DNA of 64,000 nucleotides from Brevundimonas sp. (GTDB taxonomy: Bacteria > Pseudomonadota > Alphaproteobacteria > Caulobacterales > Caulobacteraceae), in assembly GCF_036405315.1 (NCBI RefSeq), contig NZ_DASWXW010000016.1, positions 5,134-69,133 of the forward strand. The letters are read 5' to 3'. The translations under genes were made by a program, and so were the position numbers. The notes under the pieces were generated by a model. That model made no database searches. It had not been told where the DNA came from and saw nothing but the letters and a program-made list of their open reading frames with translations. Positions 18,488-27,326 of the stretch are shown here, in pieces; within the stretch, counting starts at the first letter, position 1, and the number at the start of each line of letters is the position of its first letter.

Positions 18488-19561
18488 TTGATCGAGCAAT
18501 ACGGATGGTCTGACCTGCTGACGCAGGCTTTTGCGCCGCACGCGCGCGCCGGCCACACGCCCGGGCGCGTCGTTTTGCAGCAACGGGACGGCTATCTGGT
18601 CGTCACGGATCAGGGTGAGGTGCGGGCCAAGGCCTCCGGCCGCCTGCTGCATGAGGCCAAGGAAATCGGCCACCCGGCCGTCGGCGACTGGGTGGCCGTG
18701 TCGCTGACCCCGCAGGAACGCACCGGCGTCATCCAGGCCATCCTGCCGCGAAGCACGGCCTTTGTCCGCCGGGCGGCGCACAGCTCGCGCGGGCTGCAGA
18801 TCATCGCCGCCAATATCGATGTCGCCTTTGTCGTCACCTCGATGAACGCCGACCTCAATCCGCGCCGTATCCAGCGCTATCTCGCCGCCGCTTGGCAGAG
18901 CGGCGCCCGGCCCGTTGTGGTGCTGACCAAGTCTGACCTCTGCGATGATCCGCAGGCTCAGGTCGCCGAGATCGCAGCCCTGGCGACCGACTGTCCGGTG
19001 CTCATGGTCTCGGCCCGACAAGATCTCGGCCTCGACGCCCTGCTCGCCCAGGTCAAGCCCGGCGAGACCTGCGTGCTCATCGGCTCGTCCGGCGTGGGCA
19101 AGTCCAGCCTGGTCAACGCCTTCCTGAACGAGGACCGGATGGCGACCCAGGCCATTCGCGAGGCCGACGACCAGGGGCGCCACACCACCAGCCATCGCCA
19201 ATTGATCCTCCTGCCCGGCGGCGGAATGATAATCGACACGCCCGGCGTTCGCGAAGTCGGTTTGATCGACGCCGAAGAGGGCGTCGATGCGGTGTTTGAC
19301 GACATCGAGCGCCTGCCCCAGGACTGCCGCTTCAACGATTGCAGTCACGCCAACGAGCCCGGTTGCGCCGTGCGCGCGGCGCTTGAAAGCGGGGCCCTCG
19401 CCCCCGAACGCTGGGCCCACTTCCAGAAGCTGAAGCTGGAACTGGCGGCGGCCGAAGAAAAGGCGGAACGCGCCGCCAGGGACGTCGAACGCCGCCGCCT
19501 CGCGGGCCTACAGAAACATTACCGCGCCACCAAGAGGAACGACCGGGGCCTGCGCGACTGA
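18488..19561 (+). CDS. rsgA: Ribosome small subunit-dependent GTPase A
   Basis: TKSD, GSSGVGKSSL, GRHTT, DTPG, CRFNDCSHANEPGC zinc site; TTG start. Confidence 0.9.
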   Translation: MIEQYGWSDLLTQAFAPHARAGHTPGRVVLQQRDGYLVVTDQGEVRAKASGRLLHEAKEIGHPAVGDWVAVSLTPQERTGVIQAILPRSTAFVRRAAHSSRGLQIIAANIDVAFVVTSMNADLNPRRIQRYLAAAWQSGARPVVVLTKSDLCDDPQAQVAEIAALATDCPVLMVSARQDLGLDALLAQVKPGETCVLIGSSGVGKSSLVNAFLNEDRMATQAIREADDQGRHTTSHRQLILLPGGGMIIDTPGVREVGLIDAEEGVDAVFDDIERLPQDCRFNDCSHANEPGCAVRAALESGALAPERWAHFQKLKLELAAAEEKAERAARDVERRRLAGLQKHYRATKRNDRGLRD

Positions 19562-19677
19562 TCCTGCAACGGGGCGTCGCCATGCTCATGGTCACGAACG
19601 GTTCAGTTTTGCAGAATCTAGGCGGCGCCCGTCGGCAAACGGGTTAGTGGGAAGATCCAATTCCAAGAGAGACGCCC

Positions 19678-20004
19678 ATGCCCGCCTATACCATCGTCAC
19701 CACCAGCGCGACCGAAGGCAGCGAGGCGGCCGAGGTCAACACGCTTTCCGACGAGTTCGTCGATGTCAGCGAAGCCTTGGGCTACTCGCGCCGCATGGCC
19801 GAAGAAATGGTCGGCATGGCCGGTCAACTGCTTCTCGACTTCGACTACAGCAATATCGGCCTCTACGACGGCGACCTGATCGACGAGGACCTCGACCCCG
19901 AACACCCCGCCTTCATCGGCATGTGGGTGCTGGACCATGAGGGCGCCGCCTTCGTCCCGGCTGACGAATTCCAGGACAGCGTCACCGACGCCGACCCCGC
20001 CTGA
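19678..20004 (+). CDS. Hypothetical strongly acidic protein
   Basis: 108 aa, typical high-GC codon usage, D/E rich. Confidence 0.7.
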   Translation: MPAYTIVTTSATEGSEAAEVNTLSDEFVDVSEALGYSRRMAEEMVGMAGQLLLDFDYSNIGLYDGDLIDEDLDPEHPAFIGMWVLDHEGAAFVPADEFQDSVTDADPA

Positions 20005-20078
20005 CCGGACGTTCGCGCTCGATTAACGCAAGGCGAGCGGCCCGCGCATTTCCGCTCGCCTTGCGCTAGACCCCGCCC

Positions 20079-20624
20079 ATGAGCCTTCCTCTCCTTCCTG
20101 ATCGGACCTGCGGCGGCTGCGTCGAGTGCTGCCGCGTGATCCCGCTGAACCTGCCCGAACTGGCCAAGCCGACGGGCGAGCTGTGCGGCTATTGCGTCGA
20201 CGGGGCGGGCTGTTCGGTGCATGAAATCCGGCCCCAGACCTGCCGCGTCTGGTTCTGCCTGTGGCGGGCGGTCGAGCTGTCGGACGACTGGCGGCCCGAT
20301 CGCAGCGGCGTCATCATCCGCCCCGACGGCGTCGAGCGCGGCGAGATCACCCTCTATGTCGTGCGCCGCTCCGACTTCCTGGCGGGGATGGACTTCTTCG
20401 CTGCGGTCGCCGGCTGGATCGCCGAGGGGGTCGAGGTGGCCCTCAGCGTGCCCGGCCCGGTCGGGACCTATCCGGCCCGCGCCGTCGTCACCGACTGGCT
20501 GCGCCCCGCCGTCGAGGAGGGCGATCCCGAAGACTTCGTCGCCCGCGTGATCGCTTCGCTGGACAGGCTGGCCGAGCATGACTTTCAGCCCGACGGCGTC
20601 ACGGCGCGGTATGCGGTGGTGTAG
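20079..20624 (+). CDS. Cysteine-cluster (YkgJ-like) hypothetical protein
   Basis: CGGCVECC...C..C...C...RPQTC...CLW. Confidence 0.7.
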   Translation: MSLPLLPDRTCGGCVECCRVIPLNLPELAKPTGELCGYCVDGAGCSVHEIRPQTCRVWFCLWRAVELSDDWRPDRSGVIIRPDGVERGEITLYVVRRSDFLAGMDFFAAVAGWIAEGVEVALSVPGPVGTYPARAVVTDWLRPAVEEGDPEDFVARVIASLDRLAEHDFQPDGVTARYAVV

Positions 20625-20651
20625 CCGCCCGCCCCTCCCTATCTTGGCCTT

Positions 20652-21443
20652 ATGTCCATCGCCCGCCTCGACAGCCGCGCCCTGATCCGCGTCACCGGCC
20701 CTGACGCCCGAACCTTCCTGCACAATCTGCTGACCCAGGACGTGGAGACCCTGACGCCCGGCGCACTGCGCTTCGGCGCCCTGCTGTCTCCGCCGGGGCG
20801 GCTGCTGTTCGACCTCTTCCTGTGGGGCGAGGAGAACGGCGTGGTGCTGGACGTCGCCGCCGAGCGGCGCGACGCCCTGGTCCAGCGTCTGTCGATGTAT
20901 CGCCTGCGCTCCGACGTCGAGGTCATGCCCATCCCCGACGCGGTCTTCGTCGCCTGGAACCAGACGCCAGAGGGCTTCGTCCCCGACCCCCGCCTGCCGG
21001 ACCTCGGCGGTCGCCGCTGGGGCGATCAGTGCGAGATCGACGCGACCGAGGCCGACTGGCAGGCGCACCGCCTGGCCCTGGGCGTGCCGGACCCGACGGC
21101 GGATGCCCTGACCGACAAGACCTATCCGATCGAGGCGGACTTCGACCTGCTGAACGGCATCGACTTCCACAAGGGCTGCTTCATCGGTCAGGAGACCACC
21201 TCTCGGATGAAGCGGCGCGGCTCGATCAAGAACCGCATGATGGCCATCGCCTTCGACGGGCCCGCGCCCGAACGCGGGGCCGAGGTGCTGAACGGCGAGC
21301 TTCGCGCCGGCGAGGTCATGACCGGAGACGACGGCCGCGCCATCGCCCTGATGCGTCTGGACCGCCTGGAGGGCGAATTGAGCGTCGATGGCCGTCCCGT
21401 GCGCGTCCAAAAGCCCGGCTGGATTCCTGATTTTCAAGGCTAA
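20652..21443 (+). CDS. ygfZ: YgfZ/GcvT folate-binding protein
   Basis: FLHNLLTQDV, GRLLFD, KGCFIGQETTSR. Confidence 0.88.
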   Translation: MSIARLDSRALIRVTGPDARTFLHNLLTQDVETLTPGALRFGALLSPPGRLLFDLFLWGEENGVVLDVAAERRDALVQRLSMYRLRSDVEVMPIPDAVFVAWNQTPEGFVPDPRLPDLGGRRWGDQCEIDATEADWQAHRLALGVPDPTADALTDKTYPIEADFDLLNGIDFHKGCFIGQETTSRMKRRGSIKNRMMAIAFDGPAPERGAEVLNGELRAGEVMTGDDGRAIALMRLDRLEGELSVDGRPVRVQKPGWIPDFQG

Positions 21444-21476
21444 TTTCGGAAAGACGGAAAATCTGCTTGTCATGAT

Positions 21477-21524
21477 GTAAAAGTTGCTTGACGCAAAACG
21501 CGACGTTGGTAAAGTTCACTTGTC
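21477..21524 (+). promoter_or_regulatory. Two 16-bp boxes, probable XRE operator/promoter
   Basis: GTAAAAGTTGCTTGAC and GTAAAGTTCACTTGTC, 32 bp apart; first contains TTGAC. Confidence 0.5.
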
Positions 21525-21545
21525 ACAACGACATGGGAGCTTGTC

Positions 21546-21998
21546 ATGAACACCGCAACCAAGACCGCCGCCGCCAACAAGAAGAAGATGGACGATCTGA
21601 CGGTCGGCCTGTGCGCCCTCACCGTGGTCGGCGTCAGCGCCACCGCCGCCACCCCCTTCTGGCCCGCCGTCTGGGGTCAGGCCCCGTCGATCGGCGTGGT
21701 CGTCCTGGCCGCCGGTCTGGCCGTCTTCCTGGCCCTGCACACCCTCTACTGGTGGCGCGCCCTCGATGAAGCCGCGAAGGAAGCCCACAAGTGGGCCTGG
21801 TGGTGGGGCGGCAATCTGGGCTTCATCGCCGGCGGCGCCGCCGTCGTCATCGCGGCCCTGAACGGAGCCGACCTGCTGCCGGCCCGCGTGCCGCACACCG
21901 ACACCGCCCTGATCGCCCTCGGCGTCGTCGCCGCCTTCGCCGCCCAGGCCATCGGCTACGGCATCGCCTGGTGCGCCTGGTGGACGGCCCGCCGATGA
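21546..21998 (+). CDS. Hypothetical multi-pass membrane protein
   Basis: About 4-5 hydrophobic segments; ATGA-coupled to XRE gene. Confidence 0.75.
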   Translation: MNTATKTAAANKKKMDDLTVGLCALTVVGVSATAATPFWPAVWGQAPSIGVVVLAAGLAVFLALHTLYWWRALDEAAKEAHKWAWWWGGNLGFIAGGAAVVIAALNGADLLPARVPHTDTALIALGVVAAFAAQAIGYGIAWCAWWTARR

Positions 21999-22195
21999 CC
22001 AGCGATTTCGTCAACCGCCTCAAGGTCTGCCGCGCCGAGCGCAACTGGACCCAGGCCGACCTCGCCGAACGGCTCGACGTCTCCCGTCAAACCGTTCAGG
22101 CGCTGGAAAAGGGCCGCTACGACCCCTCCCTGCCCCTGGCCTTCCGCATCGCCCGCCTCTTCGGCCGACCGATCGAAGCCATCTTCGTGCAGTGA
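21995..22195 (+). CDS. XRE-family HTH regulator
   Basis: NRLKVCRAERNWTQADLA..VSRQTVQALEKGRYDPSLPLAFRIA. Confidence 0.9.
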   Translation: MTSDFVNRLKVCRAERNWTQADLAERLDVSRQTVQALEKGRYDPSLPLAFRIARLFGRPIEAIFVQ

Positions 22196-22257
22196 TCCCG
22201 GCGAGCCCTAGTGCCCGCCAGCTACCAAAAACACACCGACATTCAAAGGATTAACCA

Positions 22258-22419
22258 ATGACCTGCGCCAACCGCATGGGCCAAGCGGCCAGACACGTCT
22301 CCGACCTCGCCCTGGGCGTCTGCGGAGCCCTGCTGATCAGCCTCGCCGTCATGACCCTCCCCAGCCCCGGCCAGGCCGCCGCCTGGTTCAACGCCCCCGC
22401 CGCCGTCACCGCTCGCTAA
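22258..22419 (+). CDS. Small single-TM protein, 53 aa (paralogue 1)
   Basis: RBS AAAGGA; MTCANRMGQAARHVSDLALGVCGALLISLAVMTLPSPGQAAAWFNAPAAVTAR; absent from ORF track. Confidence 0.65.
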   Translation: MTCANRMGQAARHVSDLALGVCGALLISLAVMTLPSPGQAAAWFNAPAAVTAR

Positions 22420-22447
22420 GCCCTCAGCTCATTTCAGGACCAGACCC

Positions 22448-22606
22448 ATGTTCAATCTCTATTCCTCGATCGTCGACCGCTTCTCGGGCTTCGCCCTCGG
22501 CCTCTGCGGCGCCCTGCTGATCACCACGGCCATCGAGGCCGTCCCCACCTTCGGCCGGGCCCAGCCCGTCGCCGTCATCGCCAGCAATGTTTCCAACACC
22601 TTCTGA
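22448..22606 (+). CDS. Small single-TM protein, 52 aa (paralogue 2)
   Basis: RBS CAGGA; MFNLYSSIVDRFSGFALGLCGALLITTAIEAVPTFGRAQPVAVIASNVSNTF. Confidence 0.65.
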   Translation: MFNLYSSIVDRFSGFALGLCGALLITTAIEAVPTFGRAQPVAVIASNVSNTF

Positions 22607-22786
22607 TCCAACCTCCCAGCCCTCCCGGCCGACGCCGCCGCCCTCGCCGCCTTCCCCGGCGCCGCTCACGCCGAACAGGCCGCTGCGCCGGCCGCTGCTG
22701 TCGCCGTCGGCGTCGCCCACCTGGCCGATCAGGACAGCGTCGTGGATATGCTGAAGGCGCGCGGCTACACGGTCGAACGCCTGTAA
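22607..22786 (+). pseudogene. Startless remnant resembling a TraB/GumN-family protein (signal-peptide end joined to C-terminus)
   Basis: ..LAAFPGAAHAEQAAAPAAA-VAVGVAHLADQDSVVDMLKARGYTVERL*. Confidence 0.55.
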
Positions 22787-22808
22787 GCGGCACGCCCGAT
22801 GCGACGAG

Positions 22809-22835
22809 AGGCCCGGCCGCAACGCCGGGCCTTTT
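22809..22835 (+). terminator. Rho-independent terminator
   Basis: AGGCCCGGC-CGCAAC-GCCGGGCCT-TTT. Confidence 0.7.
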
Positions 22836-22872
22836 CACTTGCGCCACCAGAACATTCCCGCAACATCGCCCC

Positions 22873-23490
22873 ATGACCGAATCCGAAAAGGCTGAAGGCC
22901 GCTGCGGCTGGTGCGGCACGACCGACCCGCTCTACATCGCCTATCACGACACCGAATGGGGCGTGCCCGAATACGACCCCCGCGCCCTGTGGGAGAAGCT
23001 GGTGCTGGACGGGTTTCAGGCCGGACTGGCCTGGATCACCATCCTGAGAAAGCGCGAAGGGATGCGCGAGGCCTTCCACGGCTTCGATCCCGAGATCATC
23101 GCCCGCTACGACGACGCCGACCGCGCCCGATTGCTGGCCGACCCACGCATCATCCGCTCGCGCGCCAAGATCGAGGCCGCCATCAACGGCGCCCGCCTCT
23201 GGCTGAACATGCGCGACAACGGCGAGGACTTCTCCGCCTGGCTCTGGTCTTTCGTCGATGGAAAGCCGCTGGTGAACCAGTGGAGCCATTTCCGCGAGGC
23301 CCCGACCCAGACCGCCGAAAGCCTCGCCATGGCCAAGGCCCTGAAGGCCCGCGGCTTCAAATTCTGCGGCCCGGTCATCACCTACGCCTTCATGCAGGCC
23401 GTCGGCATGGTCAACGACCACCAGACGACGTGCTTCCGGCATGGGGAGGTGGGCGGGGCGGGCGGATCAGGGCTGGCCGCCAAGGTCTGA
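22873..23490 (+). CDS. tag: DNA-3-methyladenine glycosylase I
   Basis: RCGW, YHDTEWG, LDGFQAGLAW, RSRAKI, GFKFCGP, GMVNDH..CF. Confidence 0.93.
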   Translation: MTESEKAEGRCGWCGTTDPLYIAYHDTEWGVPEYDPRALWEKLVLDGFQAGLAWITILRKREGMREAFHGFDPEIIARYDDADRARLLADPRIIRSRAKIEAAINGARLWLNMRDNGEDFSAWLWSFVDGKPLVNQWSHFREAPTQTAESLAMAKALKARGFKFCGPVITYAFMQAVGMVNDHQTTCFRHGEVGGAGGSGLAAKV

Positions 23491-23509
23491 TTTCCGGCGT
23501 GACGCTGCC

Positions 23510-23536
23510 GTCCGCTTTCGCCCCGTTGCGGACATT
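23510..23536 (+). repeat. GTCCGC/GCGGAC palindromic element
   Basis: GTCCGC-TTTCGCCCCGTT-GCGGAC-ATT. Confidence 0.75.
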
Positions 23537-23569
23537 GACTTCCTTCACTCGATGGCGAGTTCTTCCCTT

Positions 23570-23758
23570 ATGAACAAGCGCCACAAGATCATTTTAGGGA
23601 TCGGTCTCGGAGTTGTCGTCGCTGGGTTAGGAGCCACGTTGATCTTCTTCGACAAGGTTGACGCCTGTTACGACAGCGGCGGAGTGTACCTAGATGAGAT
23701 AGGGAAATGTTCGCATTCCCAAACCGAGGTAGATCGCTACCGACCGAAATCGGGCTGA
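23570..23758 (+). CDS. Low-GC small membrane protein, 62 aa, two Cys
   Basis: MNKRHK + TM + C..C; about 52% GC by hand count (99/189). Confidence 0.6.
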   Translation: MNKRHKIILGIGLGVVVAGLGATLIFFDKVDACYDSGGVYLDEIGKCSHSQTEVDRYRPKSG

Positions 23759-23767
23759 TCGGGCAGA

Positions 23768-23794
23768 GTCCGCGTCCCACCCCCAGCTGACGTT
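23768..23794 (+). repeat. GTCCGC/GCGGAC palindromic element
   Basis: GTCCGC-GTCCCACCCCCA-GCTGAC-GTT. Confidence 0.7.
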
Positions 23795-23866
23795 CAACGT
23801 GCCTGCTTAGCGCCGCCTACCCTCGACCGGCTTCCGCCCCGCGCCCGTTCATGGCACTGACGCGCG

Positions 23867-24517
23867 ATGAAGCCGCCCAAAGCCGCCGCCAAGATCGACC
23901 GCCCCTTCCCCACCCTGATGCTGGAGCTTGAGGCCAGCGCGACGTGGAACGGCCATGTCTGCGGCGTGGACGAGGCGGGGCGCGGGCCTTGGGCCGGGCC
24001 GGTGTCGGCGGCGGCGGTGATCCTGAACCCCGACGACCTGCCGCCGGGCATCGACGACTCCAAGGCCCTGACGGAAAAGCGCCGCGCCGCGCTGGAACCC
24101 GAGATCAAGGCCCGCGCCCTGGCCTGGGCCGTCGGCTTCGCCTCGGTCGAGGAGATCGACGAACTGAACATCCTGCACGCCACGGGCCTGGCCATGCGCC
24201 GCGCGGTCGAGGCCCTGGCCCATCCGCCGGTTCACGCCCTGGTGGACGGCAACTACCGCTTCAAGCTGCCCTGCGCGGTGACGCCCGTGGTCGGCGGCGA
24301 CGCCCTGTCCCTGTCGATCGCCGCGGCCTCGATCCTGGCCAAGACGGCGCGCGACCGCCTGATGATCGAAATGGACGCCGTCTATCCCGGCTACGGCTTC
24401 GCCAGCCACAAGGGCTACAACGCCCCCATCCATCAGAACGCTCTGAACACCCTCGGCCCCTGCCCGGCGCACCGCCGCAGCTGGGCCCCGATCAAGGCCT
24501 TGCTGGAGACCGCCTAG
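23867..24517 (+). CDS. rnhB: Ribonuclease HII
   Basis: [34 protein letters not shown]. Confidence 0.95.
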   Translation: MKPPKAAAKIDRPFPTLMLELEASATWNGHVCGVDEAGRGPWAGPVSAAAVILNPDDLPPGIDDSKALTEKRRAALEPEIKARALAWAVGFASVEEIDELNILHATGLAMRRAVEALAHPPVHALVDGNYRFKLPCAVTPVVGGDALSLSIAAASILAKTARDRLMIEMDAVYPGYGFASHKGYNAPIHQNALNTLGPCPAHRRSWAPIKALLETA

Positions 24518-24648
24518 ACCCCCAGAGCCCCGCCGACCAGCAACCCGATCACCAATACGACCACGGCGACGGCGAGGATGATCGCCCAGTTGGGAAGGCC
24601 GGTTGAAGCCCGGTGATGGGACGGCGGACGTTGGGCAGGCATACTCAT
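24514..24648 (-). CDS. Small single-TM protein, 44 aa
   Basis: [44 protein letters not shown]; stop overlaps rnhB stop. Confidence 0.5.
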   Translation of the reverse strand: MSMPAQRPPSHHRASTGLPNWAIILAVAVVVLVIGLLVGGALGV

Positions 24649-24685
24649 GCTGCCGATAACCCGACCCCCGCAAGAATGTTCCGCG

Positions 24686-25726
24686 TCAGGCGGCGACGGG
24701 CAGGCTCAGTGGTTTCTGGGTCACGACGAACAGATGCTCGACGTTGCGCAGACGCCCGACCGCCCCGACCTTTTCGCCCTTCAGATTGTGGATGCCGATG
24801 CGGGCGCCGACGTAGCGGGGTCGCGGTATCTCGACCACCTGGACATGGCCGCGCGCCGACAGCATGGCCGTCAGGTCGTCACGGCTCAGATAGCCCTCGT
24901 CGTTGAAGCTGACGATCAGGTTGGGCGCCTGAAGCCGCTCGACCACGGATTGCAGCGCCGGGCCGATGCCGGGGCGGCTGTTGAACGGGCTCTTGCGGGT
25001 CTTCACGTCCACCCGCTTGTTGGCCACGCCGTAGGTCTCGGGCTTGTCCCACAGGATCAGGCTTTCCCAGCAATGGTAGTTGGCCAGATAGGAGTGCTGG
25101 TTGTAGGGCGGGTCCAGATAGACGAGATCGGCCGCGACCTGATCGGCGATCTCGACCGCGTCGTCCTGGGTGGCCTTGCACGGCCCCGCCGCCACGCCCG
25201 GCAGCAGGTCTGGCAGTCGCAGCTCCAGCGGCTTCAGCGCGCGCGGCGCCCACTGCTTCATATAGGCCATCTGCAGCCCGGCGGTGGAATCCACCCGGTC
25301 CGCCGCCTCCATCAGGGCGACCAGAACCACGGCCTTCAGCTCCGGCTCCAGCCCCATGGCCTCGATGCGGGTGCGCATGGCGTCGATGCGGGCGCCGTTG
25401 TCGGGGTGGAAGAAGCGGGCGTCCTCGCAGAAGGCCTTGGTGAACCAGCCGGCCTCGGGCGTCAGCGTCCGCAGCTCGGCCAGAACCATCTCGGCCTGGC
25501 TCGCCCAGCGTTCGCGGTCGGCCTGGACATAGGCCGTGGCCAGGGTGTGGGCGTAGGCGTTGTGGTCGTTCGACCAGACGCGAAACCCCTGTCCCTTCAG
25601 GGCGTGACCGACGCGGGCCGAACCGGAAAACAGGTCGCACACCGTCCCGCCGTCCGGCAGGGCGGCGCGCACCGCACCCGTGACATGGCCCAGAAGCGCG
25701 CGCTTTGAGCCGATGTACTTGATCAT
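24686..25726 (-). CDS. Orphan alpha-class N6-adenine DNA methyltransferase (D12/FokI-M-like)
   Basis: IKYIGSK, DLFSGS (motif I) N-terminal, YLDPPY (motif IV) C-terminal. Confidence 0.88.
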   Translation of the reverse strand: MIKYIGSKRALLGHVTGAVRAALPDGGTVCDLFSGSARVGHALKGQGFRVWSNDHNAYAHTLATAYVQADRERWASQAEMVLAELRTLTPEAGWFTKAFCEDARFFHPDNGARIDAMRTRIEAMGLEPELKAVVLVALMEAADRVDSTAGLQMAYMKQWAPRALKPLELRLPDLLPGVAAGPCKATQDDAVEIADQVAADLVYLDPPYNQHSYLANYHCWESLILWDKPETYGVANKRVDVKTRKSPFNSRPGIGPALQSVVERLQAPNLIVSFNDEGYLSRDDLTAMLSARGHVQVVEIPRPRYVGARIGIHNLKGEKVGAVGRLRNVEHLFVVTQKPLSLPVAA

Positions 25727-25735
25727 TCCGCCCCG

Positions 25736-27190
25736 TCAGGTCTTCCGGGCGCGCTTCGCCCCTTGCGGAACATGGGCCGGAGCATGGGCCAGACGCAACA
25801 GATTCGCGGCCCCCGGCGCGCCGAAAGGCGTTCCGGCCAGGATCAGGATGCGCTGACCGGCTTCGGCCAGGCCATAGATCATGGCCGCCTCGACCGCATC
25901 ATCGGTCAGGCCTTCCAGCGAGGTCGGCTGCTCGCCCAGGCGCGGCTCCAGCCCCCAGACCAGGGCCAGGCGGCGCGCCGTCTCGGGCTTGGGCGTCAGG
26001 GCCAGCACCGGCTGCAAGGGGCGCTCGCGCGACATCCGCCGCGCCGTGCCGCCCAGGGTCGTGAACACCACCATGCAGGCGGTCGAGGCCGCCTCCGCCG
26101 CCTTCCTCGCCGCCGCCACCAAAGCATCGACGTCGTGGATGTCCATGCCCGCGTGCTCGGCGTCCATCAGGCCGGGCCACAGGGGGTCGCGCTCCACCCG
26201 CTCCATGATGCGGTTCATGATCTGGACCGACTCCATCGGATAGTCGCCCGAGGCCGTTTCCGCCGACAACATCAGGGCGTCGGCGCCCTCATAGACGGCG
26301 TTGGCCACGTCGGACGCCTCGGCCCGCGTCGGGGCCGGCGAACTGGTCATGGACTCCAGCATCTGGGTCGCGACGATGGCGGGCACGCCGCGTTGGCGAG
26401 CAGCGCGCAGGATCTTCTTCTGCGCCACCGGCACTTCTTCCGGGTCCATCTCGACGCCCAGGTCGCCGCGCGCGACCATGACCCCGTCGCAGTAGTCGAG
26501 GATGCTCTCCAGATCGTTCAGGGCCTGGGGCTTCTCGATCTTGGCCAGACAGGCAGCCTGACCGTTCACGATGCGCTTCAGCTCGGCCATGTCCTCGGCC
26601 TTCTGCACGAAGCTGAGCGCCACCCAGTCGACGCCGAGACGAAGGGCGAAGGCCAGATCCTCGCGGTCCTTGGGCGTGAGGGCCGACACAGGAATGACGG
26701 CCTCAGGCACGGCCACGCCCTTGCGGTCGGACAGTTTGGAGCCGCTTTCGACCGTCACATCGGCCCATTTGTCGCTGCGCTCGCCGACCCGCAGGCGGAT
26801 GCGCCCGTCGTCGATCAGCAGCAGCATGCCGGTGCGCAGGGCCTTGAAGATTTCCGGGTGCGGCATCTGCACCCGCGTCTCGTCGCCGAGCGCAGGGTTC
26901 AGGTCGAAGCGCATCCTGTGGCCCGGCTTGATGGCGATCTCGACGTCGGCGAAGCGGCCCAGCCGCAGCTTGGGACCCTGCAGGTCGGCCAGCACGCCCA
27001 GCGGGCGCTTCAGCGCCATCTCGGCGCCGCGCACGGCTTTCAGCGCGGCGGCGTGATCCTCATGCGAGCCGTGGCTGAAGTTCAGGCGGAAGACATCGAC
27101 GCCTGCCTGGGCCAGCGCCTTGACCGTGCCCGGGGCGCGGCTGGCGGGTCCAAGGGTCGCGACGATGCGCGCGCGGCGGGCTCTGTTCAT
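25736..27190 (-). CDS. pyk: Pyruvate kinase
   Basis: ATLGPAS, RLNFSHG, DLQGPKLR, AKIEKP, MVARGDLGVE, ATQMLESM, MLSAETA. Confidence 0.96.
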   Translation of the reverse strand: MNRARRARIVATLGPASRAPGTVKALAQAGVDVFRLNFSHGSHEDHAAALKAVRGAEMALKRPLGVLADLQGPKLRLGRFADVEIAIKPGHRMRFDLNPALGDETRVQMPHPEIFKALRTGMLLLIDDGRIRLRVGERSDKWADVTVESGSKLSDRKGVAVPEAVIPVSALTPKDREDLAFALRLGVDWVALSFVQKAEDMAELKRIVNGQAACLAKIEKPQALNDLESILDYCDGVMVARGDLGVEMDPEEVPVAQKKILRAARQRGVPAIVATQMLESMTSSPAPTRAEASDVANAVYEGADALMLSAETASGDYPMESVQIMNRIMERVERDPLWPGLMDAEHAGMDIHDVDALVAAARKAAEAASTACMVVFTTLGGTARRMSRERPLQPVLALTPKPETARRLALVWGLEPRLGEQPTSLEGLTDDAVEAAMIYGLAEAGQRILILAGTPFGAPGAANLLRLAHAPAHVPQGAKRARKT

Positions 27191-27326
27191 GGTGCTTCCT
27201 CAGGCGGCTCTCACGGCCATGACCTCCCCTCAGAGGCCTTGAGGTCCCTTGTGCCAACGAAACGCCGAGGGCGTAAGACCACGCCTCCGGCCGGAAACAC
27301 GAGTTTATGAGCCTTGGAACACGACC

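Noticed and set aside
18462-19580. GTCCGC-type sites flanking rsgA (TTGTCCGC-GATAGGG at 18462; CTGCAACGGGGCG at 19564)
   Set aside because: Each matches only half of the element, the orientation is opposite to the gene, and rsgA is a large GC-rich gene. Kept only as candidates for a PWM scan.
24686-25726. ccrM
   Set aside because: Motif order is alpha-class (motif I before DPPY), unlike beta-class CcrM.
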